This document shows positions 1 to 9,683 of a stretch of DNA of 64,000 bases, in pieces; within the stretch, counting starts at the first letter, position 1, and every line of letters begins with the position of its first letter. Both the position numbers and the translations under genes were made by a program. The notes beneath the pieces were generated by a model. That model was not told the DNA's origin, made no database searches, and saw only the letters and a list, made by a program, of their open reading frames with translations. The DNA is from Pseudomonas aeruginosa PAO1 (GTDB lineage Bacteria > Pseudomonadota > Gammaproteobacteria > Pseudomonadales > Pseudomonadaceae): assembly GCF_000006765.1 (NCBI RefSeq), contig NC_002516.2. One strand, 5' to 3'.

Positions 1-1279
1 CGGGCTGTCCATCCTGCTGGGTCGTGCGCTGAACCAGGACACCTGGATCATCGCCCGCCATCCTGGCCTGAAGGATCTCGCCGAGCAGTGGACCGCCCTC
101 TACGAAGAACAGGGCAGCTACGCGGCCCAGGGCTTGCTGGAGCAACGCCGTCGCGACTACGGGATTTCCATCCAGGTGCTCGATGAAAGCGGCCAGCGCC
201 TGGTCGACGGCACCTACCTGCCGCGCCCCCACCACCGCCCGCCGCGCACCAGCGACCGCAACCTGCCGCGCTTCCCCTGGCGCCAGCTGAGCCAGGAATA
301 CGTCAGCCCGCAGAGCAACCATACCTATCTGTTCATCTACCGCATCCCGCACCCGGAGCTGGAGGCCTGGCACCGCGGCAGCCTGCTCTGGCCGCTCAGC
401 GCGCTGGGCATCGCACTGGTGGTGCTGACCCTGTTCAGCCTGCTGCTGACGCTGTCCATCACCCGTCCGCTGAACCGTCTGCGGCGCGCCGTGCACGACC
501 TCGGCCAGACCGCCTACCAGAAGGACAGCCTGGCCCGCCTGGCGCGGCGCGGCGATGAACTGGGCACCCTGGCGCGCGATTTCAACCGCATGGGCGAACG
601 CCTGCAAAGCCTGATCGGCAGCCAGCGTCAGTTGCTCCGCGACGTATCCCACGAACTGCGCTCGCCGCTGGCGCGCCTGCGCATCGCCCTGGCCCTGGCC
701 GAACGCGCCGAACCGGAAGCGCGGGCGCAGATGTGGCCGCGCCTGGAACAGGAATGCGACCGCCTGGAAGCGCTGATCGGCGAGATCCTCGCCCTCGCCC
801 GGCTCGACGCCGAACCCGGCGCGAGCCAACGGATCGCCCTGCTACCGCTGCTCCAGCGGCTACGCGAAGACGCCCTGCTGCTGGCTCCGGAACAGGATAT
901 CCGCCTGGAGGTGGCGCCTGACCTGAGCATCGACGGCTGGCCGGACATGTTCGAACGCGCGGTGGACAACCTGCTGCGCAACGCCGTGCGCTTCAACCCC
1001 GTCGGCCAACCCCTGGAGGTGCGTGCCAGCAGCGCCGGCGACTACCTGCGCCTGAGCGTCCGCGACCATGGGCCAGGCATCGCCGCCGAACTGCAGGAGC
1101 AGTTGGGCGAGCCGTTCTTCCGCGCACCCAACCAGAGCAGCCCGGGACACGGCCTGGGCCTGGCCATCGCCCGCCGCGCCATCGAGCGCCACGGCGGGCA
1201 CCTGCGCCTGGGCAACCATCCCGACGGCGGCTTCATCGCCACCCTCAGCCTGCCGCTACGGCGCAAGGCGACCGAATGA
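1..1279 (+). CDS. cpxS: HAMP-domain sensor histidine kinase (Cpx-type), 5' end outside window
   Basis: Frame open from position 2; TM helix, HAMP, H-box RDVSHELRSPL, N-box DNLLRNA, G1 DHGPG, G2 GHGLGLAI. Symbol from recalled synteny. Confidence 0.85.
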   Translation, partial: GLSILLGRALNQDTWIIARHPGLKDLAEQWTALYEEQGSYAAQGLLEQRRRDYGISIQVLDESGQRLVDGTYLPRPHHRPPRTSDRNLPRFPWRQLSQEYVSPQSNHTYLFIYRIPHPELEAWHRGSLLWPLSALGIALVVLTLFSLLLTLSITRPLNRLRRAVHDLGQTAYQKDSLARLARRGDELGTLARDFNRMGERLQSLIGSQRQLLRDVSHELRSPLARLRIALALAERAEPEARAQMWPRLEQECDRLEALIGEILALARLDAEPGASQRIALLPLLQRLREDALLLAPEQDIRLEVAPDLSIDGWPDMFERAVDNLLRNAVRFNPVGQPLEVRASSAGDYLRLSVRDHGPGIAAELQEQLGEPFFRAPNQSSPGHGLGLAIARRAIERHGGHLRLGNHPDGGFIATLSLPLRRKATE

Positions 1280-1318
1280 CGCCGCGCCCAGATGAACAAT
1301 TCCCCAGGAGCATCCGGC

Positions 1319-1798
1319 ATGACTCTTCCCGCTTCGTTGTTCCTCGATGAACGCCCGCTCGCCCAGGCCATCGCGCCGCCGCCGGAACCTCCCGGCGACG
1401 AACCGCAATCGCTGGTCCTGGCGGTCGAGCTGGGACAGGTCGCCCAGCAACTGCGGCATCGCTGGGCGCGCCTCGACCTGAACCTGCCGGAACGCGGCAC
1501 CTGGCCGCTGGAAAGCTGGCGCCCGGCCTTGCACGAGGCGCTCTACGGCCTGCTCGGCGGCGCCGCGCAGGCCCGCCCGTGGCAGCGCATCACACTGAAT
1601 CCGGCGCTGGACGCACGCCACGGCCGGCTGCGCCTGGACATCCTCGGCCAGGCGGAAGAAGGCCGGCGCTGGCTGCCGGCGGCCGTGGAAGCCGCCCGAC
1701 GACTGGCCGGCTGGCAGGGCGGACGACTGCTCTGGCACGCCCAGGGCGCGTATTGGTGCGTACGCCTGCTGTTGCCGCTCAGCCCGGCCAGGCGCTGA
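1319..1798 (+). CDS. Hypothetical protein, degenerate HATPase_c-like fold
   Basis: AGGAG RBS upstream of ATG 1319; segments align by eye with the adjacent kinase catalytic domain but lack the N/G1/G2 residues. Confidence 0.7.
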   Translation: MTLPASLFLDERPLAQAIAPPPEPPGDEPQSLVLAVELGQVAQQLRHRWARLDLNLPERGTWPLESWRPALHEALYGLLGGAAQARPWQRITLNPALDARHGRLRLDILGQAEEGRRWLPAAVEAARRLAGWQGGRLLWHAQGAYWCVRLLLPLSPARR

Positions 1799-2339
1799 CG
1801 AAGGCCGTCGGGTCGAGTTCCGCCGGCGTGCGCAACTCGCCCATCGGCGTACCCAGGTAGACGAAGCCGATGATCCGCTCCTGCTCGCCGAGCCCCAGGC
1901 CGGCGTGCACCACCGGATCGGTGGCCATCTCGCCGGTCCGCCACATCGCCCCCAGTCCCTGGGCATAGGCGCCCAGCACCAGGCCGTGGGCGGCGCAGCC
2001 GGCAGCCAGCAGTTGCTCAGCGTGCGGCACCTTCGGGTGGTCCTGCAGGCAAGCGACCGCCACGACCAGCAGCGGTGCGCGCAGCGGCATGTTGCGGGCC
2101 TTGGCCAGCGCTTCCTCGGCGGCGTCCGGCTGGCGGCTCGCCAGGGCGCGGGCGTAGAGGTCGCCCAGGGCCCGGCGGCCTTCGCCCTCTACCAGGATGA
2201 AGCGCCAGGGCCGCAGTTGCCCGTGGTCCGGGGCACGCAAGGCGACCCGGAACAGCCGGTCGAGCTGCTCCGGCGAGGGCGCGGGATCGCTCAGGCGGGC
2301 GTGGGAAACGCGAGTGAGCAAGGCGTCGAGAGCCTCCAT
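1779..2339 (-). CDS. Nitroreductase family protein (YdjA-like)
   Basis: RAPDHGQLRPWRF, RAPL, WRTG motifs. Confidence 0.9.
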   Translation of the reverse strand: MEALDALLTRVSHARLSDPAPSPEQLDRLFRVALRAPDHGQLRPWRFILVEGEGRRALGDLYARALASRQPDAAEEALAKARNMPLRAPLLVVAVACLQDHPKVPHAEQLLAAGCAAHGLVLGAYAQGLGAMWRTGEMATDPVVHAGLGLGEQERIIGFVYLGTPMGELRTPAELDPTAFVSAWPG

Positions 2340-2403
2340 GGGCGAACTCCTGTCAGAAACGAAATCGCCATTGTAGACGCAATCACCAGGCTCACGCCCG
2401 CTC

Positions 2404-2775
2404 TCAGGCGACCCGTCCCGGCGCCAGGTGCGGCTGCAGCGGCGGGGTCAGCGGCGGCAGGCCGTAGGCGGCGCGCGCGGCATCGCAGGCCGGGTTGGGC
2501 TGGCCGTTGGCCCAGGCCGCCTCGAACTCGCGGCAGGTACTCGAGCGCTGCTCGTAGACGGTGCAGCGAACGCCGCAACCGACCTCGCCGAGCAGCCCGA
2601 CGCAGCGTGCCGGCTTGTTCTCGGTACCGCTCATGGCAACCATCTGCGGGCTGATGCGGACGGTCAGTTCGTCGGGTACGACGCCGCCTGCGGAACGGCA
2701 CTCGCCCCAATAGAAAGACACACGAAAATGCGCACAGCAGGCGCCGCAGGTAAGACACGGATTGTCAGTGGACAT
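2404..2775 (-). CDS. YkgJ-family cysteine-cluster protein
   Basis: CLTCGACC...C...C...[11 protein letters not shown] cysteine pattern. Confidence 0.85.
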   Translation of the reverse strand: MSTDNPCLTCGACCAHFRVSFYWGECRSAGGVVPDELTVRISPQMVAMSGTENKPARCVGLLGEVGCGVRCTVYEQRSSTCREFEAAWANGQPNPACDAARAAYGLPPLTPPLQPHLAPGRVA

Positions 2776-2932
2776 GGTTGGCAGAACACCAGAGAAACCG
2801 GCGAGCGCCGGCGGGCGAAGCGAGATTCTAGCGATTTCGCGGCAGCTGTGAAGAGGGGTGCAGCGGCAGATTTACTCTCCGCGGACGGCTGGTAGAATGG
2901 CCGGTCCGCCACAGCCCAGAGCCCCACGATCC

Positions 2933-4387
2933 ATGGCCTTGCCGACCCTACGTATCCTCGGTTTCATCATCGGCATCTTCCTGATCACTCTGGCCGCCAG
3001 CATGCTGGTCCCGATCCTGACCATGCTCGCCTTCGACCGTACCGAAGGCATCCAGGCATTCATCTGGTCCAGCGTCGCCACCTTCGTCACCGGCCTCGGC
3101 CTGGTCCTGCCGGGACGTCCCGAGCATGTCCACCTGCGCCCGCGGGACATGTACATGCTCACCGTATCGAGCTGGGTGCTGGTATGCATCTTCGCCGCCC
3201 TGCCGTTCGTCCTGCAGCAGCACATCAGCTACACCGATGCCTTCTTCGAAAGCATGTCGGGAATCACCGCCACCGGCTCCACCGTGCTCAGCGGGCTGGA
3301 CGACATGTCCCCGGGCATCCTCATCTGGCGCTCTCTGCTGCACTGGCTGGGCGGCATCGGCTTCATCGCCATGGCCGTGGCGATCCTGCCGATGCTGCGG
3401 ATCGGCGGCATGCGCCTGTTCCAGACCGAATCCTCGGACCGCTCGGAAAAGGTCCTGCCACGCTCGCACATGGTCGCCAAGTACATCGTCGCCACCTATG
3501 TCGGCATCACCCTGCTCGGCAGCCTGGCCTTCTGGGGCGCGGGCATGAGCCCGTTCGACGCGGTCAACCACGCCATGTCGGCGATTTCCACCGGCGGTTT
3601 CTCCACCTCCGACCAATCCCTGGCCAAGTGGAAGCAGCCAGCGGTTCACTGGACCGCGGTAGTGGTGATGATCCTCGGCAGCCTGCCGTTCGCGCTCTAC
3701 GTCGCCACCCTGCGCGGACACCGCAAGGCGCTGATCAAGGACCAGCAGGTCCGCGGCCTGCTCGGCCTGCTGCTGGTGACCTGGCTGCTGATGGGCACCT
3801 GGTACGCGGTAACCTCCAAGCTGCCCTGGATGGATGCTTTCCGCATCGTCGCAGTGAACGTCACCTCGGTGGTCACCACCACCGGCTTCGCCCTCGGCGA
3901 CTACAGCATGTGGGGGCACTTCTCGATCATGCTGTTCTTCTACCTCGGCTTCATCGGCGGTTGCTCCGGTTCTACCGCCGGCGGTATCAAGATCTTCCGC
4001 TTCCAGGTCGCCTATACCCTGCTCAAGGCCAACCTCTACCAGTTGATCCATCCGCGCGCAGTGCTCAAGCAGAACTACAACGGCCATCGCCTGGACGAGG
4101 AAATCGTCCGCTCGATCCTGACCTTCTCGTTCTTCTTCGCGATCGTCGTCTGCCTGCTCGCCCTCGGCCTGTCGCTGATCGGCCTGGACTGGATGACCGC
4201 CCTCACCGGCGCCGCCAGTACCGTGGCCGGCGTAGGCCCGGGGATGGGGCCCATCATCGGCCCCTCGGGCAACTTCGCCAGCCTGCCGGACGCCGCCAAG
4301 TGGCTGCTGGCCGCCGGCATGCTGCTCGGTCGCCTGGAGATCATCACCGTGCTGGTCCTGCTGACCCCGGCGTTCTGGCGCCACTGA
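2933..4387 (+). CDS. trkH: Trk potassium uptake membrane protein
   Basis: FESMSGITATGST, STGGFS, TTTGF, GGCSGSTAGGIK and GPG pore motifs; start set at MALPTLR. Confidence 0.95.
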   Translation: MALPTLRILGFIIGIFLITLAASMLVPILTMLAFDRTEGIQAFIWSSVATFVTGLGLVLPGRPEHVHLRPRDMYMLTVSSWVLVCIFAALPFVLQQHISYTDAFFESMSGITATGSTVLSGLDDMSPGILIWRSLLHWLGGIGFIAMAVAILPMLRIGGMRLFQTESSDRSEKVLPRSHMVAKYIVATYVGITLLGSLAFWGAGMSPFDAVNHAMSAISTGGFSTSDQSLAKWKQPAVHWTAVVVMILGSLPFALYVATLRGHRKALIKDQQVRGLLGLLLVTWLLMGTWYAVTSKLPWMDAFRIVAVNVTSVVTTTGFALGDYSMWGHFSIMLFFYLGFIGGCSGSTAGGIKIFRFQVAYTLLKANLYQLIHPRAVLKQNYNGHRLDEEIVRSILTFSFFFAIVVCLLALGLSLIGLDWMTALTGAASTVAGVGPGMGPIIGPSGNFASLPDAAKWLLAAGMLLGRLEIITVLVLLTPAFWRH

Positions 4388-4453
4388 GCGCTCACGGGCC
4401 TGTCTGCAATGGCTCTACTCAGGGACTGAAAAGCCGGTGTAAGCTTCTGCACC

Positions 4454-5599
4454 ATGACGACACAGCCGCAACCCGGCCACGTGAGCCTGGATAGCTCCAC
4501 CCAGCCCGCCCGCGTCAGAGCCATAGGTGATTGGACGCTCGCCCACTACACGGCTCTGGAGCGCGAGGTGACGCGCCTGCGCAGCGAAGTGGCGGCCAAC
4601 GTCAGCTTCGACCTGAGCCAACTGGGCGCCCTGGATACCGCCGGCGCCGCCCTGCTCGCCGAATTGCTCGGCGCCGAGCGCCTGGCCGACCTCGCCGAGC
4701 TGGAGCCCGGCCTGCCGCGCGAGCGCCAGGCCCTGCTGAAGACCGTCGGCCACGCCCTGCACGACTTCTGCGAGCCGGAGAAACCCAAGCCGCCAACCAC
4801 CGCCATCGAACTGCTGGCTCGCATCGGTTGTGCCATGGAGACCTTCTGGCTGCACCTCAAGGCACTCCTCGGCTTCATCGGCCTGACCCTGGAGACCCTG
4901 TTCCGCAGCCTGGTCCGCCCGGCCAGTTGGCGGGTCACGCCGCTGGTGGCGAACATCGAGAAGAGCGGCCTGGACGCGGTGCCGATCATCGCCCTGCTGA
5001 CCTTCCTGGTCGGCGCGGTGATCGCCTTTCTCGGCGCCACGGTGCTGGCCAACTTCGGCGCGACCATCTACACGGTCAACCTGGTGGTGTTCTCCTTCCT
5101 CCGCGAGTTCGCCGTGCTGCTCACCGCGATCCTCATGGCCGGCCGCACCGCCAGCGCCTTCACCGCGCAGATCGGCTCGATGAAGGCCAACGAGGAGATC
5201 GACGCGATCCGCGCCCTCGGCCTCAACCCCATCGAGCTGCTGGTGCTGCCGCGGGTGCTGGCGCTGCTGGTATCGCTACCGATGCTGACCTTCGTCGGCA
5301 TGCTCTGCGGCATCGTCGGCGGCATGACCGTCTGCGCCTGGACCCTGGACATCCCGCCGGCGATGTTCCTGTCGATCATGGAGGACGGAATCGGCGTACA
5401 GCATTTCCTGGTCGGTATCAGCAAGGCCCCGCTGTTCGCCTTCCTGATCGCCGTGATCGGCTGCCTGGAAGGCTTCAAGGTCAGCGGCAGCGCCCAGTCG
5501 GTGGGCGAGCACACCACCACCAGCGTGGTCCACTCGATCTTCGTGGTGATCCTGCTCGACGCCCTCGCCGCGCTGCTCTTCATGGAGATGGGCTGGTGA
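4454..5599 (+). CDS. MlaE/YrbE-family ABC permease with N-terminal STAS-like domain
   Basis: LDTAGAALL STAS-like segment; REFAVLLTAILMAGRTASAFTAQIGSMKANEEIDA MlaE signature. Confidence 0.9.
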   Translation: MTTQPQPGHVSLDSSTQPARVRAIGDWTLAHYTALEREVTRLRSEVAANVSFDLSQLGALDTAGAALLAELLGAERLADLAELEPGLPRERQALLKTVGHALHDFCEPEKPKPPTTAIELLARIGCAMETFWLHLKALLGFIGLTLETLFRSLVRPASWRVTPLVANIEKSGLDAVPIIALLTFLVGAVIAFLGATVLANFGATIYTVNLVVFSFLREFAVLLTAILMAGRTASAFTAQIGSMKANEEIDAIRALGLNPIELLVLPRVLALLVSLPMLTFVGMLCGIVGGMTVCAWTLDIPPAMFLSIMEDGIGVQHFLVGISKAPLFAFLIAVIGCLEGFKVSGSAQSVGEHTTTSVVHSIFVVILLDALAALLFMEMGW

Positions 5600-6390
5600 A
5601 CCAGGACAACCCGCAGGCGATCATCCAGGTCCGCGACCTGTGCAACCGTTTCGGCGCCCAGGCGGTCCACGAGCACCTCGACCTCGACGTCCGTCGCGGC
5701 GAGATCCTCGGCGTGGTCGGCGGCTCCGGCACCGGCAAGTCGGTGCTGCTGCGCAGCATCGTCGGCCTGCGCCGGCCGACCTCCGGCAGCGTGCGGGTGT
5801 TCGGCGAAGACCTGCTGCAACTGCCAGAGGAGCGCCGCTCCCTGGTCGAACGGCGCTTCGGCGTGCTGTTCCAGCAGGGCGCGCTGTTTTCCTCGCTTAC
5901 CGTGGTGGAGAACGTCGCCCTGCCGCTGATCGAAAACGCCGGCCTGCCGCGCGCCGACGCCGAGCACCTGGCCCAGGTCAAGCTGGCCCTGGCCGGGCTA
6001 CCGGCCAACGCCGGCGACAAGTATCCGGCCTCGCTTTCCGGCGGCATGATCAAGCGCGCCGCCCTGGCCCGCGCCCTGGCGCTGGACCCGGACATCCTGT
6101 TCCTCGACGAGCCCACCGCCGGCCTCGACCCGATCGGCGCGGCGGCCTTCGACAACCTGATCCGTACCCTGCGCGACGCCCTCGGCCTGACCGTGTTCCT
6201 GGTCACCCATGACCTGGACACCCTGTACACCATCTGCGACCGGGTCGCCGTGCTGTCGCAGAAGAAGGTCCTGGTAGTCGATACCCTGGAACGGGTCGCC
6301 GCCACCGACGACGCCTGGGTCCGCGAATACTTCCACGGGCCGCGCGGGCGCGCCGCCCACCAAGCCGCCGCCGTGCCGGAGAATCACTGA
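5596..6390 (+). CDS. MlaF-like ABC ATPase
   Basis: GTG start overlaps previous stop; GGSGTGKS, LSGGM, FLDEPTAGLD. Confidence 0.9.
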   Translation: MNQDNPQAIIQVRDLCNRFGAQAVHEHLDLDVRRGEILGVVGGSGTGKSVLLRSIVGLRRPTSGSVRVFGEDLLQLPEERRSLVERRFGVLFQQGALFSSLTVVENVALPLIENAGLPRADAEHLAQVKLALAGLPANAGDKYPASLSGGMIKRAALARALALDPDILFLDEPTAGLDPIGAAAFDNLIRTLRDALGLTVFLVTHDLDTLYTICDRVAVLSQKKVLVVDTLERVAATDDAWVREYFHGPRGRAAHQAAAVPENH

Positions 6391-6391
6391 G

Positions 6392-7330
6392 ATGGAAACC
6401 CGAGCCCACCATGTGTTGATCGGCCTGTTCAGCGTGATCGTGATCGGCGCCGCCCTGCTCTTCGGCCTGTGGCTGGCCAAGTCCGGCTCGGAGGGCAAGT
6501 TCAACTACTACGACATCGTCTTCAACGAAGCGGTCAGTGGCCTTTCCCAGGGCAGCTCGGTGCAGTACAGCGGGATCAAGGTCGGCGACGTGGCCTTCCT
6601 CCGCCTCGATCCGAAGGACCCGCGCAAGGTCTGGGCACGCATCCGCGTGGTGGCCAGCGCGCCGATCAAGCAGGACACCACCGCCAAGCTGGCGCTCACC
6701 GGGATCACCGGCACCTCGATCATCCAGCTCAGCAGCGGCACGCCCGCCAGCCCGATGCTGGAGGGCAAGGACGGGAAGATCCCGGTGATCGTCGCCACGC
6801 CCTCGCCGCTGACCCAGTTACTGAGCAACGGCGAAGACCTGATGGGCAACATCAACCAGCTCATCGCGCGCTTCAGCAACCTGCTCTCCGAGGAAAACAC
6901 AGCGCGCATCAGCCGCACCCTCGACCATCTCGACCAGGCCACCGGCGCGCTCTCCGCCGAGCGCGAGAACGTCAGCGCGGTGATGCAGCAGTTGGCCCAG
7001 GCGAGCAGGCAGGCCAACGCCGCCCTGGCCCAGGCCAGCGAGTTGATGCGCAGCGCCAACGGCCTGCTCAACGAGCAAGGCAAGGGGATGCTGGAAAACG
7101 CCAACAAGACCATGGCTTCGCTGGAGCGCACCAGCGCCACCCTCGACCAGTTGATCAGCGAGAATCGCCACTCGCTGGACGGCGGCATCCAGGGACTCGC
7201 CGAGCTGGGCCCGGCGGTCAGCGAACTGCGCGATACCCTGGCGGCACTGCGCGGAATCAGCCGGCGCCTGGAAGAGAACCCGGCGAACTACCTGCTGGGC
7301 CGGGAAAAAACCAAGGAGTTCACCCCATGA
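6392..7330 (+). CDS. MCE/MlaD-domain protein with helical C-terminus
   Basis: N-terminal TM; VSGLSQGSSVQYSGIKVGDV MCE motif; heptad-rich tail. Confidence 0.9.
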   Translation: METRAHHVLIGLFSVIVIGAALLFGLWLAKSGSEGKFNYYDIVFNEAVSGLSQGSSVQYSGIKVGDVAFLRLDPKDPRKVWARIRVVASAPIKQDTTAKLALTGITGTSIIQLSSGTPASPMLEGKDGKIPVIVATPSPLTQLLSNGEDLMGNINQLIARFSNLLSEENTARISRTLDHLDQATGALSAERENVSAVMQQLAQASRQANAALAQASELMRSANGLLNEQGKGMLENANKTMASLERTSATLDQLISENRHSLDGGIQGLAELGPAVSELRDTLAALRGISRRLEENPANYLLGREKTKEFTP

Positions 7331-7971
7331 GGCTCGCCCTTCGCCCGCTGCGTCGCCTGTCCCTGGCCGCCGGCCTGGCCGCGCTCGCCACCCTCGGCGC
7401 CTGCTCGATCCTGCCGGAGGCGCAGGTCCTCCAGGTCTACCTGCTACCGGTGCACAACCCTCCGGCCAGCGCCGCCGCGCGGCCGGTCGACTGGTCGCTG
7501 CGGATCGCCCGGCCGCGTACCAGCCTGGTGCTGGAGAGCCCGCGCATCGCGGTGCGCCCGCACGGCGACGAAATCAGCGTGTACCAGGGCGCGCGCTGGA
7601 GCGATCCGGCGCCGTCGCTGCTGCGCGATCGTCTGATGCAGGCGTTCCAGGCCGACGGCCGGGTCCGCGGCCTGAGCAGCGACGACAGCAACCTGCAGGC
7701 CGATTTCGAACTGGGCGGCGACCTTCGCGCCTTCCAGACCGAGTACCCGAACGGCCAGGCCAGCGCGCTGATCCGCTACGACGCGCGCCTGGTGCGTACC
7801 GACGACAAGCGCGTGGTCGCCAGCCGGCGTTTCGAGGTCAGCCAGCCGGTGGATGGCAAGAAGGTCGCGGCGGTGGTCAGCGCCTTCGGCAAGGCCGGCG
7901 ATACGCTGTCGGCCCAGGTTCTCGACTGGACCCTACGCCAGGCCTCGGCGCAACCCGCCGTGCAGCCCTGA
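7327..7971 (+). CDS. ABC-transport auxiliary outer-membrane lipoprotein (PqiC-like)
   Basis: ATGA overlap; lipobox LGAC; ARWSDPAPSLL motif. Confidence 0.85.
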   Translation: MRLALRPLRRLSLAAGLAALATLGACSILPEAQVLQVYLLPVHNPPASAAARPVDWSLRIARPRTSLVLESPRIAVRPHGDEISVYQGARWSDPAPSLLRDRLMQAFQADGRVRGLSSDDSNLQADFELGGDLRAFQTEYPNGQASALIRYDARLVRTDDKRVVASRRFEVSQPVDGKKVAAVVSAFGKAGDTLSAQVLDWTLRQASAQPAVQP

Positions 7972-7993
7972 AGCGTCCCGCCTGGCCTGGCGA

Positions 7994-9007
7994 CTAGCCC
8001 GGGCGCTCCTGGCGGCGCGCCCGGTATTCGTTGGGCGTGCAGCCGAACCAGCGGCGGAATGCCCGGAAGAAATTGCTCGGATCGGCGAAACCCAGCAGGT
8101 AGGCGACTTCCAGCAAGGTCAGGCCGGGCTGCTGGAGATACTGTTCGGCCATATCCCGGCGCGTGTCGTCGAGCAGTTGCTGGTAGCTGGTGCCTTCTTC
8201 CTGGAGGCGCCGTTGCAAGGTGCGCTGCGACAGGTGCAGCGCCTGGGCCACCCGTTCGCGCTTGGGTTCTCCCTGCGGCAGCAGCCGGCACAAGGTCTGC
8301 CGGGTCAGATGGGTAATGCGGCTGGTACTGAAACGCGCCAGGTATTCGCCGGCGAAGCGATCGTGCAACTGGGCCAGCGCCTCGTTGGCCGAGGGTAGCG
8401 GCGTCTCGAGGTCGACGCGGGAAAACACCAGCGCGAACTCCTCGGCGTGAAAGCGCAGCGGCGCGCGGAACAGCTCGACATAGGGTGCCAGCGGCTCGCG
8501 GGGCGCGCCGGGCAGTTCCACCGCCAGCGGGTCCAGCGACCGGCCGGTGATCCAGCGGACCATGTCCACCAGGTAGGCCAGCGAGCATTCGGCACTCTGC
8601 GGTGGCGCCGGCAGGCGATCGCCATGCACCGTGACGCCGATTCGATAGCCCTGCGGCGTGCGGCGGAAAGTCAGGTCGGACGCTTCCGCGATGATCCGCT
8701 GGTAGCGCTCCAGGCGCGCGAAGCCTTCCGCCAGGTTGCGGCTCGACATCAGCGCATAGCCGACGACGTGGAAAGCCGGGCGCCGGACCCGGGCGATGTT
8801 CAGGGCGATCGCCGGGTTGCCGCTGAGCGCCACCGCACGCTGCCACAGACGGCTCATGGCGTCCTGCGGGAAGCGCGCGTCGGGGTCCTGCAAGGCCTGG
8901 TAGTCGAGGCCCAGCTCGGCGAACAGCTGGCGTCCGTCTAGGCCTTCCAGCTCCAGGGCGAGGACGATGCCCTGGACCCAGCTGGACAAGGTTGTACGTT
9001 CCGGCAT
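7994..9007 (-). CDS. AraC-family regulator (long ligand-domain type)
   Basis: LHLSQRTLQRRL and LGFADPSNFFRAFRRWFGCTP HTH motifs. Confidence 0.9.
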   Translation of the reverse strand: MPERTTLSSWVQGIVLALELEGLDGRQLFAELGLDYQALQDPDARFPQDAMSRLWQRAVALSGNPAIALNIARVRRPAFHVVGYALMSSRNLAEGFARLERYQRIIAEASDLTFRRTPQGYRIGVTVHGDRLPAPPQSAECSLAYLVDMVRWITGRSLDPLAVELPGAPREPLAPYVELFRAPLRFHAEEFALVFSRVDLETPLPSANEALAQLHDRFAGEYLARFSTSRITHLTRQTLCRLLPQGEPKRERVAQALHLSQRTLQRRLQEEGTSYQQLLDDTRRDMAEQYLQQPGLTLLEVAYLLGFADPSNFFRAFRRWFGCTPNEYRARRQERPG

Positions 9008-9149
9008 CGGTCTCTTCTTGTTCTGGCGGGAGGCACGCCGACCGTCGTCCGGCCTGGCGGCCCAAGGATACTAAACTGGCCCTGTATGTCATCCGCGACA
9101 TCGTGCGGCCCGCACTACACTGCGCGGACACAACGAGAGGAGGCATTCC

Positions 9150-9467
9150 ATGAGCAGCCCTGATGACGAGCGTTTCCACAGTTTCGCCGAGTTCTACCCC
9201 TACTACCTGCAGGAACACAGCAACGCGGTGTGCCGCCGCCTGCACTACGTCGGCAGCCTGCTGGTGCTGGCGGTGCTCTTCCACGCCGTGGCCAGCCAGC
9301 AGTGGCTATGGCTGCTGGCGCTGCCGCTGGTGGGCTACGGCTTCGCCTGGGTCGGCCACTTCGTCTTCGAGAAGAACCGCCCGGCCACCTTCAAGTACCC
9401 GCTGTGGTCGTTCATGGGCGACTGGGTGATGCTCAAGGACGCTTTCACCGGCCGCATCCGCTTCTGA
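9150..9467 (+). CDS. Mpo1-like (DUF962) membrane protein
   Basis: YLQEH...RRLHYVG and WVGHFVFEKNRPA motifs; AGAGGAGG RBS. Confidence 0.85.
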   Translation: MSSPDDERFHSFAEFYPYYLQEHSNAVCRRLHYVGSLLVLAVLFHAVASQQWLWLLALPLVGYGFAWVGHFVFEKNRPATFKYPLWSFMGDWVMLKDAFTGRIRF

Positions 9468-9683
9468 CCCATCCGCGCGGCTGGCCCCCGGGCCGGTCGC
9501 TCCCCCGGGACGACCGTCGGTCCCGGATCGGCGCGCTTTCCTGAACTATCGATCAGCTGTCACTGGCCGCCGCGCAAACGCTTGGTTAAGATTCCGCCAG
9601 CAACCTGGCCACCCGCCATTCCCCAGGCGGAAAGCTCACGAGGCCGAGCCGGGACGAAAATACACAGGGATCCTCTCCAGCGC

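Noticed and set aside
2948-4384. Long antisense ORFs opposite trkH (also opposite actP, prc, the ABC exporter and the DUF294 gene)
   Set aside because: Typical stop-poor shadow frames of high-GC coding DNA, with no motifs or RBS.
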